In this document: positions 19,158-28,127 of the stretch, piece by piece
Position numbering within the stretch: position 1 is the stretch's first letter
Layout: each line of letters begins with the position of its first letter
Origin: a bacterium
GTDB taxonomy: Bacteria > Patescibacteriota > Minisyncoccia > Phycocordibacterales > Phycocordibacteraceae
Assembly: GCA_021784815.1 (NCBI GenBank)
Contig: JAJYHK010000001.1
Location: forward strand, 1 to 57,890
Direction: 5' to 3'
Length of the DNA: 57,890 nt
Translations under genes and position numbers: made by a program
Notes under the pieces: generated by a model
Database searches by the model: none
Told to the model about the DNA's origin: nothing
Seen by the model: the letters and a program-made list of their open reading frames with translations, nothing else

Positions 19158-20884
19158 TGCTTTGGCAACGCAAGCGGCGACGGAATCCGGAAATAGAGCC
19201 GGATGAAATCTTTCTCGACGCAGCAACGACCGCTTCCTTTAACCGGAACCAATTCGAAGGCCGACTCGAGAAGCCGCTTTCGCGCAGCACTTTTTTTTTC
19301 TTATCGGCCATACTGGGCGGGCTTTTTTGCGTGCTGCTTGCGCGTTCGGCGCAGCTTGAGCTCGTGCAGGGAACGGCCTTTGCTCAAGAAAGCGCGAACA
19401 ACAGCCTTTCAGCGACGACGCTCTTCGCGCCGCGCGGCGCCATTGTCGACGTCAATGGAGTGCCGCTTGCGCAAAACGTCGCCCAGTCCGACGGATCGGT
19501 GCAACGGTACTATGCGCTCCCGTCCATGGGGCAGATTATCGGTTACGTATCGTATCCAAAAAAAGATTCTCATGGCGTGTACTACGACACCAAGGAGAGC
19601 GGGGTTGCCGGCCTCGAAGCCGAGTACAACGCCATGCTTTCGGGGAAGAACGGCCAGCTTCTCGCCGAGCGGGATGCGCTCGGCCGTATCCTTTCGGAGG
19701 GTGATATTGTGCCAGCGCAGCCGGGGCAGACCTTGCACCTCTCGATTAATGCGAACCTTGAACAGCTGTTTGCACGGGCGCTCAAGAACGTCACCATCCA
19801 GCAGCACTTCGTGGCCGCGGCGGGCGTCATTATGGACGTGCATAGCGGCGCGGTACAGGCCATCGTGTCTTACCCAAGCTACGACCCCAACGTCATGAGC
19901 AGCGGTGGTCCGGTAAGCGCGATTGCCGCGTACAGCACCGACCCCGGACACCCCTTCCTCGACCATGCGGTACAAGGCGTGTACACGCCGGGATCGATTG
20001 TGAAGCCTTTTGAGGCCTCTGGCGCGCTTACCGACGGGGTCATTACGTCCAGTACGACGATAGACGATACGGGGCTCCTTACCGTCCCTGACCCTTATCA
20101 CCCCGGGGAAGTGTTTCGATACACCGGCTGGAAGGCACTTGGTGTGATTACGGTACGACAGGCGATTGCCTGGTCATCGGACGTGTTCTTCTACACGGTT
20201 GGCGGCGGGTACGGGCCCATTAAGGGTCTCGGTATCAATCGCCTTGATTATTGGTATCGCCGGTTCGGTATGGGGACGACGACAGGTATTGATCTGCCTG
20301 GGGAAGCTACTGGCCTCGTACCGGGTCCAGCGTGGAAGCGAAAGACGTTCAATCAGGCCTGGTACCTTGGCGACACATACTTCACCGCGATCGGCCAATA
20401 CGGCATGCAGGTGACCCCGATCCAGATGGCACGCGCGACAGCGGCCATCGCGAATGGCGGGACGCTCTATACGCCGACGCTCCTTGCGGGGGACAAGACG
20501 TCAAGCATTCCAGTGCCGGTATCTTCCGCTGCGCTCCAGGTGGTGCGCGAGGGTATGCGTTTGGGCGTTACGGGCACGACGCTCATCGATCGTATCAATT
20601 TGCCGTACCTCGCTGTCGCGGCGAAAACCGGTACGGCGCAGGTGGGTAGCCACAACCAGTACGACAATACCTGGGTAGAAGGGTTCTTCCCGTATGATCA
20701 TCCGGAGTACGCCTTCGCGGTCGTGCTCGAACGAGGGCCTTCGGGCGAAGGTGAAGATGCGGTGTGGGTCATGCAGCAACTCTTTGGCGCGCTTCACGCA
20801 GAAAATTCGCCCTATGTGGGCGGAACCGCGCTACATACGGATGTATTAGCAACGTCGACCCCCGCGCTGCCCCCGGGCGGCTAG
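19157..20884 (+). CDS. mrdA: Penicillin-binding protein 2 (elongation transpeptidase)
   Basis: SIVKP (SxxK) and KTGTA motifs. TAATG overlap with mreD. Confidence 0.85.
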   Translation: MLWQRKRRRNPEIEPDEIFLDAATTASFNRNQFEGRLEKPLSRSTFFFLSAILGGLFCVLLARSAQLELVQGTAFAQESANNSLSATTLFAPRGAIVDVNGVPLAQNVAQSDGSVQRYYALPSMGQIIGYVSYPKKDSHGVYYDTKESGVAGLEAEYNAMLSGKNGQLLAERDALGRILSEGDIVPAQPGQTLHLSINANLEQLFARALKNVTIQQHFVAAAGVIMDVHSGAVQAIVSYPSYDPNVMSSGGPVSAIAAYSTDPGHPFLDHAVQGVYTPGSIVKPFEASGALTDGVITSSTTIDDTGLLTVPDPYHPGEVFRYTGWKALGVITVRQAIAWSSDVFFYTVGGGYGPIKGLGINRLDYWYRRFGMGTTTGIDLPGEATGLVPGPAWKRKTFNQAWYLGDTYFTAIGQYGMQVTPIQMARATAAIANGGTLYTPTLLAGDKTSSIPVPVSSAALQVVREGMRLGVTGTTLIDRINLPYLAVAAKTGTAQVGSHNQYDNTWVEGFFPYDHPEYAFAVVLERGPSGEGEDAVWVMQQLFGALHAENSPYVGGTALHTDVLATSTPALPPGG

Positions 20885-20954
20885 GCGATCTCGATGGTCT
20901 TGCTTGCGCTTCTGCGTACCTCGCGTACAATTACGCAAAAATAACCAATTCCAT

Positions 20955-21428
20955 ATGCCTGACGCAACGGACAGCTACGTCTCGCAAGAGAAGTTCGACG
21001 AGATAGTGAAGGAGCTCGAGCACTTAAAGACCGTCCGTAGAACGGAAATCGCAAAGAGCCTCGAGTACGCTCGCTCGCTGGGCGATTTATCCGAGAATGC
21101 CGAGTATCAGGAAGCACGCGACCTGCAGGCGGCGACCGAGGAGCGCATCAAGAAGCTTGAGGAGTTCGTCAAGCACGCGAAGATCGCATCGAGCGGCGCG
21201 AAAAAGAACGAGGTTGGATTCAACTCCAAAGTATGGATCCGTAAGGACGGTAGTACTGACGTGCACGAGTACACCATCGTGGGCAGCGAGGAGGCCGACA
21301 TGCGCGTGAAGAAGCTCTCGCACGTCTCGCCGCTCGGCGCTGCGCTCATGGGGAAGAAAAAAGGGGACGTATTCACTTTCGAGACGCCGGCAGGGAAGCA
21401 GACGTACGTCGTCGAGAAGATCGTGTAG
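20955..21428 (+). CDS. greA: Transcription elongation factor GreA
   Basis: GDLSENAEYQEARD motif. Length is 157 aa. Confidence 0.9.
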   Translation: MPDATDSYVSQEKFDEIVKELEHLKTVRRTEIAKSLEYARSLGDLSENAEYQEARDLQAATEERIKKLEEFVKHAKIASSGAKKNEVGFNSKVWIRKDGSTDVHEYTIVGSEEADMRVKKLSHVSPLGAALMGKKKGDVFTFETPAGKQTYVVEKIV

Positions 21429-21450
21429 CTTTTCACGGCGAGCATTCGTT

Positions 21451-21480
21451 CGAGAAGTCGGCAGAGCCGGCTTCTCGTTT
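21451..21480 (+). terminator. Stem-loop after greA
   Basis: CGAGAAGTCGG-CAGAG-CCGGCTTCTCG followed by TTT. Confidence 0.5.
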
Positions 21481-21509
21481 CCTAGGCGGCTCGTGGTAGC
21501 CATGCGCCC

Positions 21510-23027
21510 ATGGCTCTCGACGAGATACGCTCGCAGCGGCTCGAAAAGCTGCATCGTTTGGAAGAAGCGGGTATGGACCCGTATCCGGTTACCAGCAACC
21601 GGACGCACAATATCGCCGCTTTCCTCGATGGCTACGATCGTCTTGAGGAAACGAAGTCGCCAGTGGTGATTGCGGGGCGCATCACCTCTTTCCGCGAGCA
21701 TGGCGGTGCAATGTTTATCGATGTGTATGACGGGTCGGGAAAGCTTCAAGCCTATTTGCAAAAGGACGTGCTCGGCGCCGACTCGTTTGATTTTTTCCAA
21801 AAAAACGTCGACACGGGCGATTTTGTGGAACTTGCCGGACATGCCTATACCACAAAGCGCGGCATGCGTTCGGTGCATACGGAGTCGTGGCGCATGCTTG
21901 CGAAGTCGCTCTTGCCTGTGCCGGATCGATGGTTCGGTCTCAAAGACGAGGACGAGCGGTATCGCAAGCGGTATCTCGATATATTGCTCTCGGATGAAAC
22001 GACAAACAGGATTCGTCGTCGATCAAAATTTTGGAACGTGATTCGCAGCTATTTGCTCGAGCGCGGGTATGTTGAAGTCGAGACTCCGGTGCTTGAGACT
22101 ACAACCGGCGGGGCGGAGGCTGCGCCGTTTGTGACGCACCACAATGCGCTCGATATAGACGTCTACCTGCGCATTAGCGCGGGTGAGCTATGGCAGAAAC
22201 GGCTCATGGTGGCGGGCATGCCAAAGGTGTTCGAGATCGGACGCATCTTCCGTAATGAGGGCATGAGCGCCGAACATGCACAGGACTACACGCAGCTCGA
22301 ATTCTACGAAGCGTACAAAGACTACCGAGAGGGCATGGAGATGATTTGTGAGCTGTACCGCCGTATTGCGGATGAGGTATATAGCACGCGCGTGTTTGCG
22401 GTAAAGGGCGTTCAGGTTGATTTTGATAAAGACTGGGTACACTATGACTTCAGCGCGCTCATGCAGGAGGCATATGGCTTCGATCCGCGCGAAGCGCAGA
22501 AGCTGTCTCTTGCGGAGCTTCGGAGTCACCTCGCGAAGGCAGGCATCCCTTCGGAAGGAGCCCAGGACGTGGGTCGTGCAGTCGATCTGCTTTGGAAGAA
22601 AATCCGCAAAGACCTCGTAGGTCCGGGATTCCTGATAAACGTGCCGATCTACCTGGAGCCGCTCGCCAAGAAGAACCCGAAGGACAAACGAGTCGTGGAA
22701 CGTTTCCAGGTGATGCTTGCAGGCAGCGAAATGGGTAAGGGGTTTAGCGAACTCAATGATCCGATCGATCAAGCCGAGCGCTTTAAGCGCCAGGGCGATC
22801 TACGCGAAGCGGGCGATGACGAAGCGCAAATGCCTGACGCGGAGTACGTGGAGGCGCTCGAGTTCGGTATGCCGCCGGCGTTTGGCTTTGGCGTCTCCGA
22901 GCGGCTCTTCAGCACGCTCGAGGGGGTGCCGATTCGCGAAGCGCAAATATTCCCGCTTATGCGCCCGCGCGTCTCGGACGTTGGCGTACCAGACGGCACG
23001 GATGTGTCGACTGAAAGAGAAAGTTAA
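21510..23027 (+). CDS. lysS: Lysyl-tRNA synthetase (class II)
   Basis: OB-fold N-terminus, class II motifs (FEIGRIFRNEG) and a GMPPAFGFGVSERL C-terminal motif. Confidence 0.9.
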   Translation: MALDEIRSQRLEKLHRLEEAGMDPYPVTSNRTHNIAAFLDGYDRLEETKSPVVIAGRITSFREHGGAMFIDVYDGSGKLQAYLQKDVLGADSFDFFQKNVDTGDFVELAGHAYTTKRGMRSVHTESWRMLAKSLLPVPDRWFGLKDEDERYRKRYLDILLSDETTNRIRRRSKFWNVIRSYLLERGYVEVETPVLETTTGGAEAAPFVTHHNALDIDVYLRISAGELWQKRLMVAGMPKVFEIGRIFRNEGMSAEHAQDYTQLEFYEAYKDYREGMEMICELYRRIADEVYSTRVFAVKGVQVDFDKDWVHYDFSALMQEAYGFDPREAQKLSLAELRSHLAKAGIPSEGAQDVGRAVDLLWKKIRKDLVGPGFLINVPIYLEPLAKKNPKDKRVVERFQVMLAGSEMGKGFSELNDPIDQAERFKRQGDLREAGDDEAQMPDAEYVEALEFGMPPAFGFGVSERLFSTLEGVPIREAQIFPLMRPRVSDVGVPDGTDVSTERES

Positions 23028-23052
23028 GTTAGTTTAGTGTCGATAGGAATGG

Positions 23053-23080
23053 ATAAGGCGGCCAAATATGGCCGCCTTAT
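23053..23080. terminator. Perfect 12-bp stem-loop after lysS
   Basis: ATAAGGCGGCCA-AATA-TGGCCGCCTTAT. Confidence 0.55.
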
Positions 23081-23563
23081 GCGCTTCGGTGCTTGCTTGC
23101 GCTAGGGTGTGATTTGCCGCCTTTCGCGCTCACGGAGTCTCCGCGGTAGGGGACGTACGAGTCGAATTCGTCGAGGCTGCTTGAGTAAGTGCTCGGCGGT
23201 AAGTCGTGCGTGAAGGTGCAGGAGCGAATCACGGAACCGATCGTGTAGTGCGCCCCGGATTTCTGCGGGCTCGCGGCGTACCAGAGCGATTCGATTGGTA
23301 GCGTTGTACGCGAAGCTTGGGATGATGAACCCGCGCTCCACCACATCCGCGAGTGTCACAAGCCGGGAGAACTTCGTCCGATTATGGAATCGGCCTTCAG
23401 ACGTGAAGATTGGCAGGATATCTAGTCCACAAGCGTCACTCGAAGTAAGGCACAACGTGGAGATCCCTTCCTTTGATAGGATGTACAATGCGAGGCACGC
23501 AAGTGGATCGTCGCGTTGTGCAGCGTACACGGATTTTTTGCAAGGCATGTCGCTCATAGGCAT
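23077..23563 (-). pseudogene. Frameshifted hypothetical gene
   Basis: Coding-like frame MSDMPCKK...FAYNATNRIAL (23563 to about 23290) continues in another frame as WYAASPQKSGAHYTIGS... to 23077. High third-position GC follows the frame switch. Confidence 0.4.
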
Positions 23564-23960
23564 GCTCCTCCGAGAGCGTGTTTAAACGTGTTGTGTGAAG
23601 GTGCAGACTCGTTCTTGGAAACGAGCGAACCCCCGCCGTTCGGTCGGGGGCTCGCTTCAATTTTCTTCTGGTTAGGCCCTGTGGGAAGAAAGCTCAAGCG
23701 AAACCCCGATTGCGGTAAGGACGAGGGTAATGAACGCAAAAAGGATGAATGCCGCATCCGCGAGAGCTTGCATAGGCGAAAGCCTACTGCAGGCTTGCGC
23801 AGGAGTCAAACGCCGGCCGGCCGAGCCTGGGGATAGCGGTGTAGAGCGTACGTGCGGCAAAAGGCCACATGCAGAAGATTCTGATGCTTCAATCGCGGCC
23901 GAATGCCGACCTTTGGGCGAGCGAATAGCGCAATTTCGCGCGGCTCGTGCCGGAAGCTGA

Positions 23961-24477
23961 GTGGGCTTTGTGAGCACGCTCGACAAGCGGCTCCCGTGGC
24001 AGGAACCGGAACAAATCGCGGGAGGTCTGGATGCGCTCATTATTGGCGGATCAGGAGAGTTCGATTTCGACGGCGGCCGAGACGAGTATGACGAGGTGCG
24101 GCTCATGTTGCGGAGGCTCGCGAAGCGGTTGAAACCGGTCGAGGAGTTATGTCTTAGATACGGGGTTCCCGATGCTTGGGATTTGCTTCGATCAATCTTT
24201 GTCGCGCAGTACGGACATAAGACAGCCTTTCGACGTTGCCAAAAGGCGCCGCGCTACTGGCGCAAGGCGACCGGTGCCATTTCAGCATGCTCAGGTATAC
24301 GCTAGCCTCGTATACATTCCCGTTCCATCCCGAACTGTCGGAGTAGGACATGAAGCGGCGTCTCCTCCATTCACTCGAGTATCTCTGCCGGGTGGCGTCG
24401 ATGTCGATCAGATCATCAAGGCGTTTCCGGAAACTTTCGAACTCATCCTTCGATTCGTTACGAGATTCGTCGCTTGA
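23961..24477 (+). pseudogene. Possible decayed class-I glutamine amidotransferase-like gene
   Basis: LDALIIGGSGEFDFD (frame of 23961) and VPMLGICFDQ (frame of 24172) resemble GATase1 segments but lie in different frames. The GHQ His position is lost. Confidence 0.3.
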
Positions 24478-24582
24478 ATCTGTTTTATTCTCGGTGCCGC
24501 GAGGGCCATCCTGGGAACAGGTCTAAGGCCCCATGTCATCCAACTAAGAAAAAATGCTCTATATTCTGGTGTTTCCTCGTTT

Positions 24583-24654
24583 AAGTGGGGATAACTTCAT
24601 GTAGTAATCACGTGTGGAGTGTCATATAATCCCATCAAGTGGGATGAAGTGGGA
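24583..24654 (+). promoter_or_regulatory. mraZ promoter/operator: TATAAT (24625-24630) plus AAGTGGG(A/G) repeats
   Basis: AAGTGGGG at 24583-24590 and AAGTGGGA at 24637-24644 and 24647-24654 (10-bp phasing). GTGGG-type direct repeats are the known MraZ box type. Confidence 0.55.
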
Positions 24655-24697
24655 AGCAGAAAGGTGGTCCGCTTCTCACTCCAGCCCACGACTACCT

Positions 24698-25120
24698 ATG
24701 TTTATCGGCGAATACACCCACACGCTCGACCCGAAGAATCGGATTTCACTGCCGGCTAAGTTCCGCAAGGACCTTGGCCGGTCGGTCGTTATCACGCGCG
24801 GGCTCGACCACTGCTTGTTCGTGTATTCGAAAAAGGAATGGGCGAAAGAGGCGGAGACCCGCGCCGCGCATGCGGGCGGCAATGCGGCCGGTCGTGGCCT
24901 TGCTCGTCTCTTTCTTGCGGGCGCGATGGAAGCAGACGTCGATAGCGCGGGCCGTATTCTCATCCCCGATCACCTGCGCGCCTATGCAGCTCTGAGTTCC
25001 AAGGCCGTCATTGCCGGGGTTGCGAGCCGGATTGAAATCTGGGACGAGGAGGCATGGAATACCTACACCGCCTCGATTGAGCGCGATGCCGACACGCTCG
25101 CGGAATCGCTTAACGCATAG
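24698..25120 (+). CDS. mraZ: Transcriptional regulator MraZ
   Basis: MFIGEYTHTLDPKNRISLPAKFR and a second SpoVT/AbrB-like repeat GRILIPDHLR. Confidence 0.9.
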   Translation: MFIGEYTHTLDPKNRISLPAKFRKDLGRSVVITRGLDHCLFVYSKKEWAKEAETRAAHAGGNAAGRGLARLFLAGAMEADVDSAGRILIPDHLRAYAALSSKAVIAGVASRIEIWDEEAWNTYTASIERDADTLAESLNA

Positions 25121-25126
25121 GCAGTT

Positions 25127-26083
25127 ATGGAGGCAAAACACGAAAGCGTATTGCTCACGGAGGCGGTGGAGGCGCTTGTGCTATGCGGGGGCGACACGGT
25201 CGTCGATGCGACCTTGGGCGGGGCGGGGCACTTTGCGGCGTTGCTTGCGCAGCTGAGCAGCGACGGCATCATAGTCGGTATCGACGCTGATCCAGAGGCG
25301 GTCGAGCGCGGACGCGCGGCATGTGCCGCCGACCATCGCCCTGCGCGGCCGACGGCGCACCTCGTGAACGACAATTTTCGCAACCTTGCGCACATCCTCG
25401 AAAGGCTCGGCATTGGCTCGATTAACGGTGCGCTCTTCGATCTCGGGTGGAGCGGGTACCAGATCGCCGCACCGCGCGGTTTTTCGTTCCAACGCGACGA
25501 ACCGCTCCTTATGGCGTACGGGCAGGGCGGAGAGACAGCGGCCGATCTGGTGAATACGGCGACGGAAGTGGAGCTTGCCGACCTTATCCACGGCTACGGC
25601 GAGGAACGGTTCGCTCGCGGTATTGCGCGCGCGATCGTGGCCGCTCGTTCGAAGGAACGCATCCTCACCGCGGGCGCGCTCGTAGATGCGGTAAAAGCAG
25701 GCACTCCACGCTGGTATCATAATCGCCGCATTCATCCGGCAACGAAAACCTTTCAGGCGTTACGGATCGCGGTAAATGATGAGCTTGGTGCGCTGCGCGA
25801 GGGGCTTTCGGCAGCTCTCTCAGCGCTCGTTGAAGGCGGACGACTTGCCGTTATTTCTTTCCATAGTATTGAAGACCGCGTCGTGAAAGATCTCTTGCGC
25901 GGTGCTGTCGCTGCAGGACTTGGGTCGTTTGTGCCGAAGAAACCCATCGTGCCTACTCGCGCCGAGCTGCTCGCTAATCCGCGTGCGCGGAGCGCCAAGC
26001 TCCGCGTCTTTGAGCGCTCGACACAACCGGCAGACAACAGATCGTCCTTTACTCCCTCAACTCGTTACCTCACGTATGCGTAA
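25127..26083 (+). CDS. rsmH: 16S rRNA (cytosine1402-N4)-methyltransferase RsmH
   Basis: DATLGGAGH, DLGWSGYQ and ISFHSIEDR motifs. Confidence 0.9.
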   Translation: MEAKHESVLLTEAVEALVLCGGDTVVDATLGGAGHFAALLAQLSSDGIIVGIDADPEAVERGRAACAADHRPARPTAHLVNDNFRNLAHILERLGIGSINGALFDLGWSGYQIAAPRGFSFQRDEPLLMAYGQGGETAADLVNTATEVELADLIHGYGEERFARGIARAIVAARSKERILTAGALVDAVKAGTPRWYHNRRIHPATKTFQALRIAVNDELGALREGLSAALSALVEGGRLAVISFHSIEDRVVKDLLRGAVAAGLGSFVPKKPIVPTRAELLANPRARSAKLRVFERSTQPADNRSSFTPSTRYLTYA

Positions 26084-26387
26084 ATTTGCAACAGTACCGG
26101 CATCCAGTACGCGGCCAACTTTCTCGGCAGTGCCGGTTCTTGCTGGTTTTGTCGCGACGTTCGGTGTCGCCTATGTGGCGCTCATGGCGGTGGTTATGAC
26201 CTATGCGGCGCTTACCGTCGAATTTTCGCAGTCGGTTCGTTCGAGTGAGGCACAGGTCGCAACGCTTGAATCCCAGTATCTATCCGCGATAGCAAACGTC
26301 AACAGCACCAACTACGCGGCTGAAGGTTATGCAAAGCCGATTGCCGAGGTCTACGTGCCGGGTTCTCGCGCCACGGCGTTGCGCTAA
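26076..26387 (+). CDS. FtsL-like small bitopic division protein
   Basis: 103 aa with a single TM followed by a helical segment. Positioned between rsmH and ftsI. Confidence 0.5.
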   Translation: MRKFATVPASSTRPTFSAVPVLAGFVATFGVAYVALMAVVMTYAALTVEFSQSVRSSEAQVATLESQYLSAIANVNSTNYAAEGYAKPIAEVYVPGSRATALR

Positions 26388-26396
26388 ACTGCCCCC

Positions 26397-28127
26397 ATGC
26401 GGGCCATTTTTAAATTTCGCGTTCGCGTCGTCCTGATGGTCGTGGTCGGCATTGCGGTGCTCATTGCCGGCCGGCTCTATGTAGTGCAGGTGGTTCATGG
26501 CACCCGCTACAGCGAGCGAGCCAAACAGCAATTCTCGGCGGCAGGGCAGAGCGGCTTATTCGATCGAGGTTCTATCTATTTCACTACAAAAGACGGCACA
26601 CACGTGAGCGCGGCCACGCTTGCGACCGGGTATCTTGTCGCAATCAACCCGCGTTTGCTAGCCGATCCAACGGCGGCGTATGACGCTATTAGTGCCGTGG
26701 CAACCACGACGCTGTCAAAGTCGGCTTTTCTTGCCGCTGCCGCAAATAAGAATCTAGTCTACGTCGAGGTTGCGCATGAACTCTCGACCGCTGCCGGGCA
26801 GAGGCTCGCGGCGGAAAATATCACCGGCGTCGAAGTGCTGCCCGAACGGTGGCGGTGGTATCCAGGTGGATCGCTTGCGACCAAGACGATCGGTGTCGTT
26901 GGGTACGGTACAGGTTCGACGCTCATTGGACAATCGGGCCTCGAAGAGGAGTACGATCCAGTTCTTGAGCGCTCGGGAGGCGATTTGCTAGGGAACTTTT
27001 TCGCGATGTTGTTTTCCGGAGCGGGGAGCACGCTCGTGAGCGCGCAGGGCGCGCGCGAGGGCGATGTGGTCACCACGATCGAACCGGAGGTTGAGTCGCG
27101 TCTCATGGATGACGTCGCGGCAATGAACGCGAAGCATTCGAGCCACAGCAGCGGCGGCATCATTATGGACCCGAAAACGGGCGCCATCATTGCGCTTGCG
27201 ACATACCCTACGTACAACCCTAACAACCTGTCGAACGTCAATCCGCAGCTGCTTGAAAATCCGCTCGTATCGCACGTCTACGAATTCGGCTCCATCATGA
27301 AAGCCGTCACCATGGCCTCGGGCCTGTCATCGGGGGCGATTAGTGCGACCTCGACCTACGACGATACCGGCTGCTTCCATGTGGATGGCGATCGGATCTG
27401 TAACTGGAACTACCACGCGTACGGCGTCATTCCGATGAAAGTGATCATTATGCAGTCGCTCAACCTCGGTGCGTCGTGGATCGCCGAGCAGCTCGGGCAT
27501 ACGCGTATGCGCGACTATTTCACCAAGCTGTTCGGTACGAAGACCGGTATCGATCTTCCCAATGAAGCAACCGCGCTCTTGGGCAATCTCTCCAAGCCGC
27601 AGCAAATTTACTACGACACAGCCTCTTTCGGTGAGGGTGTCGCGGTGACGCCGATCGAGATGATTCGCGCCGAAGCGGCGATCGCTAACGGCGGGGTGCT
27701 TGTGACTCCGCACGTGGTTTCGAGCATCGTGTCGCAGTCCGGACAGACGAAAGAACTCACCTGGGCGAGCGGTACGCGCGTGTTTACGCGGCAAGCAACG
27801 CGCGAGACGGCGTCCATGATGAATGACCTGTTTAGCCAGGTGCTCTATAACGGCAAATACAATATCCCCGGGATTCCCGTCTCGATGAAAACCGGTACGG
27901 CGCAGCTGCCGACTCCCACGGGCACGTACTACAACAACCGGTTCTTCGACGACGAGGTGGTATTCTTCCCCTCATACAATCCGCGTTTCATCATTTTGCT
28001 CTATACCGAAGACCCGAAGAACGCCATTTATGGCACCGATACCATCACCCCGCCCATGATTGACCTAATCCACTTTTTGATTAACTATTACGGCATTACG
28101 CCCGCCATGGCGGGGACGGCATCATGA
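26397..28127 (+). CDS. ftsI: Penicillin-binding protein (FtsI/PBP3-like transpeptidase)
   Basis: N-terminal TM, SIMK (SxxK) and KTGTA motifs, and dcw-cluster position. Confidence 0.85.
   Translation: MRAIFKFRVRVVLMVVVGIAVLIAGRLYVVQVVHGTRYSERAKQQFSAAGQSGLFDRGSIYFTTKDGTHVSAATLATGYLVAINPRLLADPTAAYDAISAVATTTLSKSAFLAAAANKNLVYVEVAHELSTAAGQRLAAENITGVEVLPERWRWYPGGSLATKTIGVVGYGTGSTLIGQSGLEEEYDPVLERSGGDLLGNFFAMLFSGAGSTLVSAQGAREGDVVTTIEPEVESRLMDDVAAMNAKHSSHSSGGIIMDPKTGAIIALATYPTYNPNNLSNVNPQLLENPLVSHVYEFGSIMKAVTMASGLSSGAISATSTYDDTGCFHVDGDRICNWNYHAYGVIPMKVIIMQSLNLGASWIAEQLGHTRMRDYFTKLFGTKTGIDLPNEATALLGNLSKPQQIYYDTASFGEGVAVTPIEMIRAEAAIANGGVLVTPHVVSSIVSQSGQTKELTWASGTRVFTRQATRETASMMNDLFSQVLYNGKYNIPGIPVSMKTGTAQLPTPTGTYYNNRFFDDEVVFFPSYNPRFIILLYTEDPKNAIYGTDTITPPMIDLIHFLINYYGITPAMAGTAS

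Noticed and set aside
21087-21878. Long antisense ORFs opposite confirmed genes. Examples are 1022..1684(-), 5746..6474(-), 13046..13885(-), 21087..21878(-), 32838..33686(-), 46612..47379(+) and 50722..51477(+).
   Set aside because: They lie fully inside strongly supported genes (lysS, recombinase, holB, DEAD helicase, mraY, aspS and others). Their composition is low-complexity and rich in R, S, A and P, and they have no motifs. I treat them as non-coding shadows.
23672-24106. The 144-aa minus-strand ORF in the decayed zone.
   Set aside because: It is extremely rich in Ser, Pro and Arg, and it is antisense to the more protein-like plus-strand GATase-like fragment. It is probably a shadow frame. 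Only its last 30 codons or so (a TM-like segment) look protein-like, which is insufficient support.
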